From contig JAYWIR010000046.1 in assembly GCA_036172245.1 (NCBI GenBank), positions 868,001-932,000 of the forward strand: DNA of 64,000 bases, read 5' to 3'. The position numbers and the translations under genes were made by a program. Positions 13,230 through 25,560 of the stretch are shown in pieces (position 1 is the first letter of the stretch; each line of letters starts with the position of its first letter). This DNA is from Raillietiella orientalis (taxonomy: Eukaryota). Under the pieces are notes generated by a model. It did not search any database. It was not told where the DNA came from and saw only the letters and a list, made by a program, of their open reading frames with translations.

Positions 13230-16200
13230 TTTTATTATCAATTGATACTTTGATAGAGATATTTTGCTGATATTTTGTTGATCAGTTGATATTTTGCTGC
13301 TTTCTAGACTTTTCTAAAAGTCCGTTGGTTTCCTAGCATTTTCCTTCCTTGTTTTTCTGTACATTGTACTATAACTATAATACAAGTAATAATACAACAG
13401 ATTATTATCTGTTACATTTACATATTCACACTGTCACTGCGTGAAGACGTTTTTGGTTATTCTAATAACATTCAATCAAGAAATATGACGCAAAACTGAA
13501 AGGACTGTTGCGAGGTGCTTGAAAATTTCGGAGTGAAATCCGAGCAGCAGTGGAAAACAGGAAAGCATAGCTTCATTCCGAAGTCCTCCAAAGATTTCTA
13601 ACCGATGCTGAAAGTGATCTCCAGAATCATAACGCAATCGAAAACCAACTTTCTTGAATGGTATGCATGCCCGGCAAAGTAGCACCTAGAAAAGGAAACC
13701 AGAATACTAAAAGTTTCTCCAGGTATGGAGGAGGCAATTCGTACCTCGGGAGGAAGGGCTGCAGTGACATATTCACACAAGGGAAACTCTTTGGAGAAGT
13801 ATCTGAAAAGAGCTGAAGTAACGAAGCTACCAAGAACGCAGAATGAAGGCCAATTGATTATTGCTGATGTAACGAAACATCAGTGCCAATATTCCACGAG
13901 TTTGGACGTCCCAGTTCCAGAATACTGTATTCGATGCGCTCTATGAAATTCATTGAGATCAACATTAAAGTATTTTTTTTTTTAAAAAAAAAAAAACCAT
14001 ACACCCACACGCGCAACCAGCAAATGCGAAAGCAGCAATTTCCTCAGTTCTTAAATGCCAAAGAAAATTCACAGAACACCAAAAGATAATCAAGAGTAGC
14101 TATGAACAGCAAGGTCCCACATGAAATATCCAAAACAACGGACATGCATCTATAACAACATGGAATGTGTCGTAATCCTGACATAGGAATCAGAGTCAAA
14201 TTTGTATCGTAATACGTGATTAAGATAACAGATCACATACATTCCTACAAACGCTGCCCATGAACTATACATATACAGGAGAGCAGTATGCCTTTAGAAC
14301 TAGAAAGATGTCGATAAGATCTCTGATCCGAACCTTTGCACCCATTCAGCAGCCCTCAGATTGAACATTTAGCACTTGGTACATGTGCAGGATGAATTCT
14401 GTGTTGCCCCAGTTGCTCCACGTGTTGCCCCAGCAGTGGTGCATACAGCAGAGAGCTACATCCTCGTGCAACTCGTGGAGTGCGCTAAACTGGTAAGAGA
14501 GGAAATGATGGAAGATGGTAATGCTTGCAGGACTCGCTTTTCCAGAATTACAAAATCGGAAACACCCGAAAACGATAAAGAAACAGGAAAAAACAAAAAA
14601 CAAAGCAAAATAGGTCATCTGTGCCGGAGGAGAAAACTGGAATTTATCCTTGCCTTTCACTGTTTAGTCCTCCTGACAAGACTTGCCCTGCTACAAGCAA
14701 AGAGACCGTGAACACTTCACACGCGTGCAAGCTTTTCTTGGCTGTTCCACAAGACCCCCCATTGTGTTTCGGAGAAACTGAATTGAAGGGGAACGAATGG
14801 AGAACAACTAAGCATCATTTTTTAAATTAATTTTAATTTTAATTCTTAATTGGAACACAGATCCTAAAAAGTAATGGTTCCATCGCTTTAGTTTTTTTTT
14901 TTTTTTGCATACTTAGTGAGTCAGAACTCGTGTAAAATGCATTTCTCTTGAAGCAGAAACGCTCCTTGATCAAGTGTTGCACATGCACTCATTGAACTGG
15001 TGGCAGCGACACCCTAAGCAAAACCATCAACTTCTTTTGCATTCGTAGTAATGCGATGCGAGATCTCAATTACAATTCCGTTTAATTAGACTGTGGCGAA
15101 TATTCAGCAAATGCATTATATTATAACGAATAAATCTCATTAAATTTGCTGAGTACTATAAACTGCTCATCAAGAGTAGGAAGGCCACTTCGACTTGGAT
15201 TTTCGTCTCCTGATTCAGGATATAAGTGCGCACGATCCAGACGATCTCTGAAGAGGATCGCACTAATAATCTTACAGGAGTTTCAATGGCATTTGAAACT
15301 GCCTCGTGTCTCCCAGTGTCGGCTTTTGACAAATCGGTCAGAGAGCAGCCATATTCTCTTGGTGCAGACCGATTTTGCTCAATTAACACATCGTCGTGTT
15401 GCAATCCAAGAAATTCTTTTGTTTGCTTGTTTGTTCCGACTTAAAAAGTAATTCCTAGTTGCAGCACAGCACTACTAATTGTGTGAAAGCCGTCCAGGTC
15501 ATAGAGGAAGACCATTTCTTAAGCCTAGAGTGAGTGAAGCAGAACTGCACGATTAAGTGAATGTGTTGAGACGGGGAGCAGGACTACATCAAAGGTAAAA
15601 GCTGCTATTCAAGAACTCTTCGGAAGTTTTGAAGAGGAGAAATTCGATCACGAGGTGAGTGACACATTCGACAGCGTAATTTGCAGATCTGTTCCTGGAA
15701 AGGGACTGAATTTCAAGAGGATTCTCTGCGAGTTAAAACGAGAGGACTATGTAGAAAAAGCTGTGATGAGCAAAGAAAGGAGCTGCAAACGAATCTAAAA
15801 AGTTGCTAACAGATTCAGAGGGGAAGCGGATTTTCCTGGATGCTTGAAACGAACAATGGAAGTCAGAAAACTACGAGTGCAGTGGAGGGTAGAAGAGACG
15901 CTGAATCCTATTTTCCCGAAACAAGACACTGTGCATCCGTAGGACTCATCTCCTGCAGAATCTGCGAAGCAGCTACCGAACAGCAGCACAAACGAAGTGG
16001 CGAACATTACTGAAGTTTTGGTTCAACACTTTCTGTGTGGTGCTGCCCACAGGGCAGATCGAAAGGAAGGCGAAGATTTCTTCCATCACAAAAAGGGTTT
16101 GGGTCGGTGCACTTTTCTATGCACCGGAGCAACTGACACCAAGATCTCGGATCAGGAAGCCAAGTCCATCGTCAGCCAAAAGGGTACCCTGCCAGAACCG

Positions 16201-17856
16201 CCCCTGCCACTCACAGAGTTCACTCTATTGAGGAACTAGTGATTTTGCATTTGTAAGGAAGATTTTATGATAGCCGTTCCTGCTCAGAAAGCAGATCTGA
16301 AGTCAACAGCAACAACAAAAACTGATCTTGACAAATGGATATTACCTTTTCTGAAATTTCCTTGCTTTTGATTTATGGCTACAAGGAGGCAAATGGAAGC
16401 GTGAATTCAGCTGCACGAAGGCTCGCTCTGTTGATGAAAAGCGCGCAGGCCCGCAGCAGCATTTGTGTATGTGTGTTTTGTATATATGCTCTCTCGTGCT
16501 CTGACTACTCGTGGATTTCTTTTAGTTCATCATGGAAACATTGGTTTGAATGAACACGGTGCTTCCTTCCACAACCAGGCAGCTACCAATCAAATGCATC
16601 AATTATGGATAGCCCATGAAGCGGCTTCGCTTTGAGGTCAGATTATGACTCAGACAAAAGAGAATTCGAAGAGTGGTATGATCGCCCAACAAAGCTTACC
16701 ATAGGGTACTGTAGATCACTTTTAAATAGGATGATAATCGCTTGTGTGTGAATGCAAGCAGTAGGTCACGCTCTCTATGCGGACCAGATACTGGAGATCG
16801 ACCAAGCAGCAGTGCTCAGTGAACAGCTCTTTTTATTATTTGAAAAAAAAAAAAAACATCTTTGCGCCTTTCTACAGGAAGAGAAACACGTTTCATGAAG
16901 TCGTGCGTCCGGGCACTCTTGCTGCCTGAAGGCGCTCTGGTACTTCCGTTAATAATCTCATTTGCTCTCACTAGGCAAGGTGAGTTTCACGAAGATTCAG
17001 GGCCGTTCTTCGGAATACGGTCGGATACTACCTAAATTCAAACGCATCAGTGCGTAGACTGCTGTGGAGACAACTGTCGAGTGGTTCGCCCTGGCACGCT
17101 CCCAAATGCAAGCAACTGAAAAAAATAATTACTGTTATTCTGAAGGCCACACATGTCTGCTGGAAAAATTGGAAATTCGGGCGTGTGCAAAATGGAAATT
17201 CGGCTCCACGTGTCTACGGCACAGAGAAGTATTTAACTTTTCCAATCCATGATCCCTCACATCCTGAGAATTCGGATAGGAGCGCAAGATGGCATCAAGC
17301 CTGCTGAAGCTCTCAGTCCCTATTCTGGCGGGGCTGCTGCTCATCTCAATGTAAACGAGCACTCGAGCAATGGGTTTCAGTGAGTCCATTTCCCGTTACA
17401 GCGTGGAAAACACCAGACCGATGAACACCGACGACCTCGTGATTTCTCTCCATTATGAAGCTGTAAGTCCGTTCGGCAAACGATTTTGTGCTTTCTCATG
17501 AGATCACTCGTCCTTCATCAGGGATTCTACAAAGCGAAAATAAAAGTTGACAGGAGGAACAGGTGATGAATGTTACTTTGGACACCCTGAGTAGCGACAT
17601 AATCCTTCCTGGTTCTCACTGCCAAAGTGAATGGTGTGGTCAGTTCTTGAGGACTTTCCTGAGGTTTCAATAATTCATTACTTTTGTAGGAGGGCGTGAC
17701 AAATACCACGATTCCCGTTCCAATACATATAAGTCTACAGAAAAAGGAACACATCACTTGGAAAGCTCAGCATTTTCCGCTTTCGTGAAAACTGGAGAAG
17801 ATACAGTTAAGGTAAGGCACGAAGTCTCACTGTCAACTGGATCCTAGCAATTCACT

Positions 17857-17906
17857 TGTGTGTGTGTGTGTGTGTGTGCGTGTGCGTGCATGCGTGCGTG
17901 CGTGTG
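17857..17906. repeat. (GT)n/(GCGT)n microsatellite, intronic
   Basis: Directly visible TG dinucleotide run grading into TGCG units. Confidence 0.95.
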
Positions 17907-18212
17907 AATCATGTGAGCAAATCGTAACGTGGTTTCTGTAATCTCTGAAGGCTCATTCAGTCTCCGCCTGATGCTATCAAAGAGCTAAATTTGGTGGAGT
18001 TGGCAATGTGGAAGCGTTCATTAAATCCAGCATTAATATTAGGTGTCCTTGTTTCCGACGAAGGTGTCTTTGGTGTATTGAAAACACTGCCTGTCGTTAC
18101 AGAAGCAATCAACCAGCTTAGACCATTCAAAGTGTCTGTTTCATTGGTAACACAATTCGTAAAGAAGTGAGGATGCTTAGAAAATCTGCCGCCCTAAAGC
18201 TAAAGATAAATG

Positions 18213-18969
18213 GCCTAGGATGGAAGAGGGAAATCTTTGGGGTTTCTCCTGTTTCTGCTGCTTTCCTCCCAGCTTTCTCTCTCATTTTGGTTCGTTAAGT
18301 GCTGAAGAACCGTTCGCCTCCTTACTGGGGCTCACGAAGCTCTTTGATGCTGTCCACGCCTCCCACTGGGGCGTGCGACTCTCCAAATCAAAGGGGGCAA
18401 TCTCGTAGGCGCCACCCTATGAATCCAGAAAGACTTTGGGGGAAAGACTCCCGTCCCTCTTACGCTTGGGAGGGAATCCTGAAGGGGGTCTCTCCGGTCT
18501 ACACTTCTTATTTCTTCTCCGGGGGGAACCCGGAAAGGATCGCTCCTGGGATTTTTTTTCTCCAGAGGGAACCCACATGGAAACCGCTCCTGGTTTCCTC
18601 CCCCGAAGAGAACCCCGAAGGGAGCAGCGCGCTTCTTGACACTCTGGAGAGGCAACCCCCAAGGTGGTCATCAACCAGCTCCATGGTACTTGATGGACGG
18701 CTCCATTTTCAAAACCGGAGGGGAACCCCGAAGGGCTCCTTGATTCCTGGAAGGACCCCGGAGGATCCACTTCCAAACCCGGAAGCCAGCCAAGGAGGCA
18801 TCCGGTTTGCGGCTTCCACCAGTGCCGCACCCGAATAGGCCAACCAGCGTCATCCTGCGGGGGGGGGGATCGGATTTATGAAGCATATCGTTCTCGGCGT
18901 CGACTCTCAATGTGGGAATTCGAACCCGCAACGCCTGGTGCCACGCACGGATACCGAAGCCAAGCCTCC
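18213..18969 (-). mobile_element. tRNA-headed, hairpin-rich SINE-like element, long subfamily (copy A)
   Basis: Reverse complement of 28665-29416; 18247-18926 matches 28709-29388 with only about 2 visible mismatches. B-box GGTTCGAATTCC at 18926-18915. Lies inside the pepsin-like pseudogene. Confidence 0.75.
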
Positions 18970-21297
18970 TATAACGCTAGGGAAAAGGTCTGCCTTCATA
19001 AAGCAAATTGTAGCAAGTGAACAACCACGTGATCCGCGGGACCTAGTGTCATTCTTTTCGATATGAAAAATGATTCGAGACTCGCGGCTTGCGAAATAAA
19101 CAAAGAGTCAAATGATCTACATGAGGTTTCCTCTGGAGATCTTCCTCATTCCTCATCTCGTTTCCTTTTGCAACTTCCCAACTTGTTTCACTTTGCAGTC
19201 TAGTCGATGAGGGGCCACTCTTTTCTCATGAGTTCTAGCACGATGCGTCGGTGCTGTGTGTCTCAGAAGATCCGTTTTCCCTGGTTACTCGCTAGTCATC
19301 AACGATGGTTCCCCTCCCCCTTACGTGAAATTCTCATTCATCGATAACAGTCGACTAAGATTAAGGATGCTGCAAATGAAATTCCTCGAGTGAAGACGAA
19401 CACATTCATGTTTCTCATAGATAAACTGTACTGTCAAAGGCTGGAGTGCAGGAATCAATTCTCAAATGAATAGAGATTGATTTCGTTTTGTTTACAATAA
19501 TTTGCGTTGCACGGGATGCGAATCACTTGTTTGCACCATTCGTTCCACCTTCGCTTGAGTAAAACTGCTTGAAATCAGAGACCTCATGCATCGATTCTCA
19601 TTGCAAACAATCCATGACGAGACTCGTGTTTTTTTTTTCCGGCAGCTGCTTTTAGTTGATGATTTAGTCATGTTATTGAGTGCAAAAAATACATCTCATA
19701 GAAGAATACAATCATCCGAAGCCTCTGAACACCTTTCCGGTGGATGGCAGCTTCCCTCTTAGTGTGCTGTAAACGATGGTACCGAAAATCTACATCTTTC
19801 GCTTTTCTTACAACGGGTAAGAAACGTTTTTTTTAACTGATGTCGAGTCCCTGTCGTTTTCCCATTTAGTGAAAAAGGAGGCAGCATACAAATAGCAACT
19901 GCGGAAAAGATACTGAAGGGGTCCTCACAACTAAGATTAATAAAAGAAGACAACATGCTTCTTCTCCCAATAGAAAGGTAACGATGATTAATGGTGATGG
20001 CAACGGTGATTTCGTTCCGAATTCGAATGTTAGTCTATTAGAATTTCTTTCGTTCATTTCTCAAATTGTTCTTGCATTGAAAGAAGCGCGACTCCAGGAA
20101 GGAGGAGAGATAGCTGAGAGCTGGCTGAGTTAGTAACTCGAGTTTGTGCAAATTCACCAACCTCTAACCAATTACTGATCATGATCAAAAGCTCGATCAA
20201 AATGATGCAGCACACACCGAATAACGTAGCCAACAGCGCGCATGCTTACCAAGGTTTGTTTGTTTTTTATCGCCCTCATGTGATGGATTTATTTTGTCTT
20301 TGCCGAAATAGCAATGAAACTTTCTTCCATAGTGTATGCATAAAGAGAGATGGAAGAGAAGTTAAAATATCGACAATCTCCTCGTCAAAGAAAGCATTCA
20401 TCCAAATAAACACTTTCTTCACCGATGTGCCGAAAGACTTACTAAAAACCATGACAGACTCTTGGAAAATAGCCAAGAAGGTGAACGAGTTTTGGAAAGT
20501 GAGTGACCATTGCACCTCCAATTTAGGATGATATTTTTTTTCGATTCAAGATCTCTCCCCAGATCTCTCCCAGATTTTCAGATCTCTCCCGCGATACGAA
20601 GCATGATATCAGCATCTCTTATTATTTCAGTAGCACTTTATCCGTCTCTTTGATGCCTAAAGACTACATTTGGAAGGTAAGCAACAGTCCAAGACGTACT
20701 TTCAGAACCGAATGACTTCTCACCACCTCATAATTACGCAAAAGAACATTGCTGAATGGTTTTTAGAATACATGTGTGTATGCATGTAGAACAGCTGTTA
20801 CAATTGACGTGAGTTGTGGGAAAGAGTCTTCGAAAATGCAAAATGTGTATTCGGTAGTGATCAGTGAATTTCAAGTCACTCAAACACAGTAGGAAAAATG
20901 CTGTTAGATAGAGGAAACGGCGAATCCGTTGACAGGGCAAGTGTCAAGGCATACAAAAGCTGTATACGAAGCACACAAAAAAACACAGCTCTTGTTTTTT
21001 GCACCGAAAACGAATGCAATGACAAAGCGTGTTTTTTTTTCCGCAGCGAATCTCTGACTCACGCAGCCTCTCTGCGCATTCACTCTGGAAATTCCTCGGC
21101 GTTTCGAAAAAATCCTTCTCCTTGTTTTCATACTTGAGAGAATGCACAACATGAAACGAAAAGCAGCAGAGCTGTTGACATGAAAAATGAGTTGCCCTTC
21201 GTTTTTTCAAGTGCACGCACGCATTTCGAGGTGTGTCGGCTAACGTATGTTTGTATCGACACATCTGAAAATAGGTACGACTATACGCTCATGTATT

Positions 21298-22339
21298 CAG
21301 GCAGTTCTCGATTTACGAAAGAGCGCCGTCCCTGGAGGTCGTTCGTTGTGGTCGTTGTGCGTCAAAACATCGAGATGTGCACCTTTTGAGTATACGATGC
21401 GACCCTATACGTTAGCGGTCATTTTGATCTATGAAAAGCATGTTATTAAGCATCGAATACGTACGTTTTATCATAACGATACACCACGAACGTAAAATAA
21501 AATTGAAAAAGTACTAACAGAAAACAAGATGCAATAGTAAATAGTTTATTTTAATCAAAAACATAAGCAAAATTATATAATACATTATGTACATACATAA
21601 AATATGCATTCAACTTTCATTTGTCTATATTTTTATCAGCGTTTGTTATTTTCACATGCGTTTCACTTTGTACACACGAGGTAGATAGTTGAACTTCTCT
21701 TGAAACGGCTGCGGTTGTTTCGTCCACTCTTTTTAAATAAGATTTGATGGAAGACTGCACAGCTTGCTTCTTTTTTTCCGTGAAAAATCTCATTGTAACA
21801 TTTCAGTGAGCCATAAACGCCTCTTTCCACTTTAGCAATTCTGTCCATATTCTAGTCATGTTCTTCGAACATTATCAATCCCTCAGAAATTGACTTAAAA
21901 GCTGCAGCCATTTTCTGCGTCGTCAATGTTCTGGAAGAATGTGAAATATCAAGTTCTTCTGATACTTCTTCTGTGTTTCGATTTGTTTCTATTGCTCTTA
22001 ATTCATCGGTTGCTAATTCCTCAGAATGCGAGTCCAACAACTCTCTTACATCAGCCGAGTCAAGGTCGAGTTCTATTTGATTGCCCAGTTCAACAATTTC
22101 GACAGTCACAAATTCTACTGGTTCCTCAAAATCACTTAAACCATTCACAAATTGAGGACACAAGTTTTTCCACACACATTTCAGTTTGCTTCCTTCACAT
22201 CCTATTGCATTAAGTAAGTAAGTTTAGGGTGTCAGCAATCTTACAATGATGTTCGCTATTGCATGTGTTAAGCAAATAAAAAAAATCTTAAAATTGTGAT
22301 GTTCGTTATAGCAAATGTTCATGAATCGAGAATTGCCTG
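21298..22339 (-). mobile_element. Internally deleted Tigger/pogo (Tc1-mariner superfamily) DNA transposon
   Basis: TIRs CAGGCAGTTCTCGATTTACGAA (21298) and TTCATGAATCGAGAATTGCCTG (ends 22339, followed by TA). Minus-strand 22175-21663 encodes a TIGD1-type C-terminus (WKNLCPQFV...VRELLDSHSEELATDEL...DRIAKVER...LKCYNEIF) with an internal stop. Confidence 0.85.
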
Positions 22340-23329
22340 TATTTATATACGCAATGCTTGTCTAGAAATACATTCATGCCCTTGCGTGGGTGGCATTTCA
22401 CGCATCTCTTTCATGTCATTCTCGCGAAGAGAAGTTGCGTGAACACATCCAGGATCTGGAAACCAAATGATAAGTATTCCTCATCGTCAGTTGCGAAAGA
22501 TTGTGCCAAACTGATTTGTCTCGAGTTTAATCAAGAGACAAGTGCTCAAGCATTGACTTCGTCGTGAATGCAATCACTGAGCGATCTGTTGCGGACTCCC
22601 ATTCCACCGCTTTCAACTCATCGAACGGGCAGTCGTATTGGTGAGTTTCGGGCTCTGGATCTGGAAGTCTCTTTGACTTTGGCATGACGTGATGCAGGGC
22701 GTGTTTCACGAAAGGCAAACGAGCATCTCAGCAGCAAATAAGCAGTCAGGAAGATGCTTTGCAGTATTCGCTCCAAACTGACGGTTCTGTAGTTGACTTT
22801 TCCTACCTGCAGAGGCGTCCAAAGCAAAAGCTTTAAAGGAGAACGCGGGGTTTCGTCCTAACACAATCTTAACAGACACAAAAATAAGCAGTTTCGGCTA
22901 CCAAACAAGATGCTAGTCACACTTGCGCCTCATACTGAGGGCTGGTGGCTAAGGGTGATTCTTAATGCTAACTTTCTAACGTAGTTTCTTACTGCCATCC
23001 ATATCCACGGATTTCTGATTTCAAGACAGCATCTTAACATCAGCGGGAATCGCCGCTTTGTTCAAAGAGCTTTAAACATATTCAGAATTAGAAAATTCTT
23101 CGGAATTCTGAAAATATATATGCTTAATGCTTTGGGCTCTTTAGGATGCGCCGCTTGTGCTCTAGACTCCCAGAAACTTGATGAGGAAAGTAAATTAAAA
23201 AGGTTCGCCTTTTTTCCCTAATATACACAAATGAAACAATTTCTGTTTTGTTGCTATAGTAACTGCTTGATTTCTCGATTTTTTTTTTTTTTTAGTATGA
23301 GGACGTCTGCCACTTGAAGTTCATTGAAA

Positions 23330-24800
23330 ACGAAAGGAGAGAATCTTATGGCCTCTTAACTATGATTCTGGAACAAGTGGACTTCTCCTTGTACTGGAAG
23401 GATGGAAAAGCAGTGGTGTCCTTTAAAGCGTGAAGTCTTCCATGAAAGTCTGCAAGTTCCGTGCTGATCAGCCAAGCTACGCGGAAAAGCATCCGGCTTT
23501 AAGTTCTTGGAGACTTTCAAGCATTCCCATTAAGTGGTATTGCGACTCTCTTTGAATAAACTCTCGTTCCTGGCATAAGAAATCTGCAAGGATCAGTCGC
23601 TGCCGCATCGCAAGAAAGCATATATAGATGCAGGTTAACTGAGATCGCTACCTAGTGCCTAAGAAAGAACGAGGACACACAAATGCATTAGAAACGCTTC
23701 GAATGAACTATGCATCCGCTTTCCCAGAGAATGGAAGCCATTTCCAAAGCAAATCTCCTCCTTCTCCCGGACCTGTTTCTGTCAGCATTGGCAATGTTCA
23801 TCCTTCTGCATGCAAAGTTTGATTCGAACCTCCCCTAATGTTGGTCATGGCATACGTCGCACTGAAAATTCTCTCTGAACGTTTCTCTTGCACGTTTCCC
23901 CATTTCACAAAACGAAGGATGAAATCTCCAAGGAAACGGTGGAAAGATTCCCCTTGTTTTGCAATTCCATTCCAATGTCATCTCGCTTTACCTTCTGGCT
24001 GGCTGCTACCACTCTTCTTATTTCGAATGAGATGCTGCTGCAGGCTTCGCGCCTGCAATGAGTGGTTTCTCGCTTTCATTTAGGGGGAAGGGTTGCTTGA
24101 GCATTGGCATCTCGTTCCGGTAGGACTCGACACAGCATGTCTTCCCGATGACGTTGGTTGCCATGACACAAGATCTAGAAACCAGAAAAATTCGTTCCGT
24201 AATGATCAGAAATTCCAAATGGACGGGGTGAGAGAGAGCATCTCACAAGGAACCAGAATGTATCTGTGAGACTCCGGTTTTCTGGGAAGCTTCCCATCGT
24301 CTTGAACGGTTGCAGCTCATGGCAGGTTCAGATGCTCTACAGAGGAAGCGTTTGAAGAATGAGCTTTGTCGGACGCTTCCACTGTTTGTGCCTTCTAGGG
24401 ATCGGTGTTCCTCTTAAGCGACTGGAACGCTGTGTGTGAGATAAATTACATGCTCCTATCACAAGCTAGGGAACGAATCCAACGTCTTCTAATGATCATG
24501 GTAACTCCCACTCTGTCTTTTCTTGTCCGTGGAATCTTGTGAGAGACGAGGCGTCCACGTGTTCCACTGCCTTGCCTGTGCGCTTTCGTTTGCGATTTAG
24601 GTGGAGGATTTCGGATGCTGCTGCCAGCACTAGAATTGAGCCCACCAGCATTTCTCTCGAAGTTCACAAGAGTTTGCTCCGTCCTCTCCAGTTTGAACCC
24701 CTTGAATCTCTTAGGGACTGAACGACACGACATTAGAATCCGTAGAACCTTTGGCTGAGATCCCAGTTTGGCTTCTATTTTACCAGTTCTTCTCAAGTGT
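23330..24800 (-). mobile_element. Heavily decayed RTE-like non-LTR retrotransposon
   Basis: Minus-strand motif remnants in the expected order: endonuclease-like RVGVTMIIRRRWI (~24520), pre-RT PTLGEVRIKL...TGPG (~23840-23765), and a *WECL block (~23530). Confidence 0.4.
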
Positions 24801-25099
24801 CAGAGAAGAAGTGATCATCCTGAACATTGCCTTCCCTCTCTGAGGGGGAAGGAATGGAGACGCAATACAAAGACCGGGCGATGAAGGATTCAGGTGAGAG
24901 TCAGAGCTCTAGTAGTTTGCACTCTAGGGTGCAGGGATCCCTAAAATGAAGAGGTACGCAAGGGCTGGAGACCCTGTAGCAGCACACTTCGACAAAATGA
25001 GGCAACTTACGGCTGCCCCTAACATCCAATATAGCCCGTGATATGTTCTGGAGCCTTAAGTTAGGGAATACTCTCATGAAGGAACTGCAAAGAACATCT

Positions 25100-25560
25100 A
25101 TCGTTCAAGAAGAATTGGTGGTATCAACTGATGTGGGTGCAAATAGAAGGAAGACGGTGAAGACTGTTAAGCTGCACCCGTTATTCCATGTAACCTCACT
25201 ATTCACGCAATAAGCACATTCAGGGTTCGCTCATGTTCTTGGAACACCCAGCTCTTTCAAACCATCGTCTTGGAGTTTTTAAAGAGACGCGGCGACAGCT
25301 GAATATGATTTTCGTGAATTCCACATCAACTCATAGCATTGAGTGGAACATGGAAACCACCGAGGGGGACCATAACCACAAAACGCTGGGTGAATTTGAA
25401 TTTTGTGAATTTTGTGGATTACTTGAAGAGCGCATGTTTTCAAGCAAAAAGTGTTACGAGCGTACACCGTTTCCACACCGCAATGGGCGACAGCACTCAT
25501 TCCAGAAAACTATCATTCCCATGCATAATGTTTTTCGCATGGATTACTTGATGCCTTACT
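25100..25560 (+). mobile_element. Possible Merlin/ISXO2-type transposase remnant
   Basis: IFVNSTSTHSIE / GTWK (frameshifted, ~25305-25356) resembles the FVDP..HTQ.IE..W motif. No TIRs identified. Confidence 0.3.

Larger units (their letters stand above)
17289..20676 (+). pseudogene. Pepsin-family (A1) aspartic protease homolog, secreted, catalytic motifs altered, frameshifted
   Basis: Exons 17289-17350 (signal peptide MASSLLKLSVPILAGLLLIS), 17402-17462, 17522-17638 (GFYKAKIKV / QEEQVMNVTLDTLSSDIILPGSHCQSEWC, 1-nt frameshift near 17550) and 17690-17811 (KYHDSRSNTYK...GEDTVK). Further blocks at ~17960-18146 (LPVVTEAINQLRPFKVSVSL), ~20320-20530 (KAFIQINTFFTDVP), and an exon ending 20676 (SLMPKDYIWK|gtaagc). 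Motif order follows the pepsin fold. Confidence 0.7.

Noticed and set aside
16640..16720. Polinton/Maverick pPolB motif (KREFEEWYD)
   Set aside because: No supporting neighbouring motifs.
18299..18838. 179-aa ORF (and mirror 28797-29336) as a real protein
   Set aside because: Non-ATG start, overlapping ORFs in most frames as expected for GC-rich structured DNA, and no recognisable domain.
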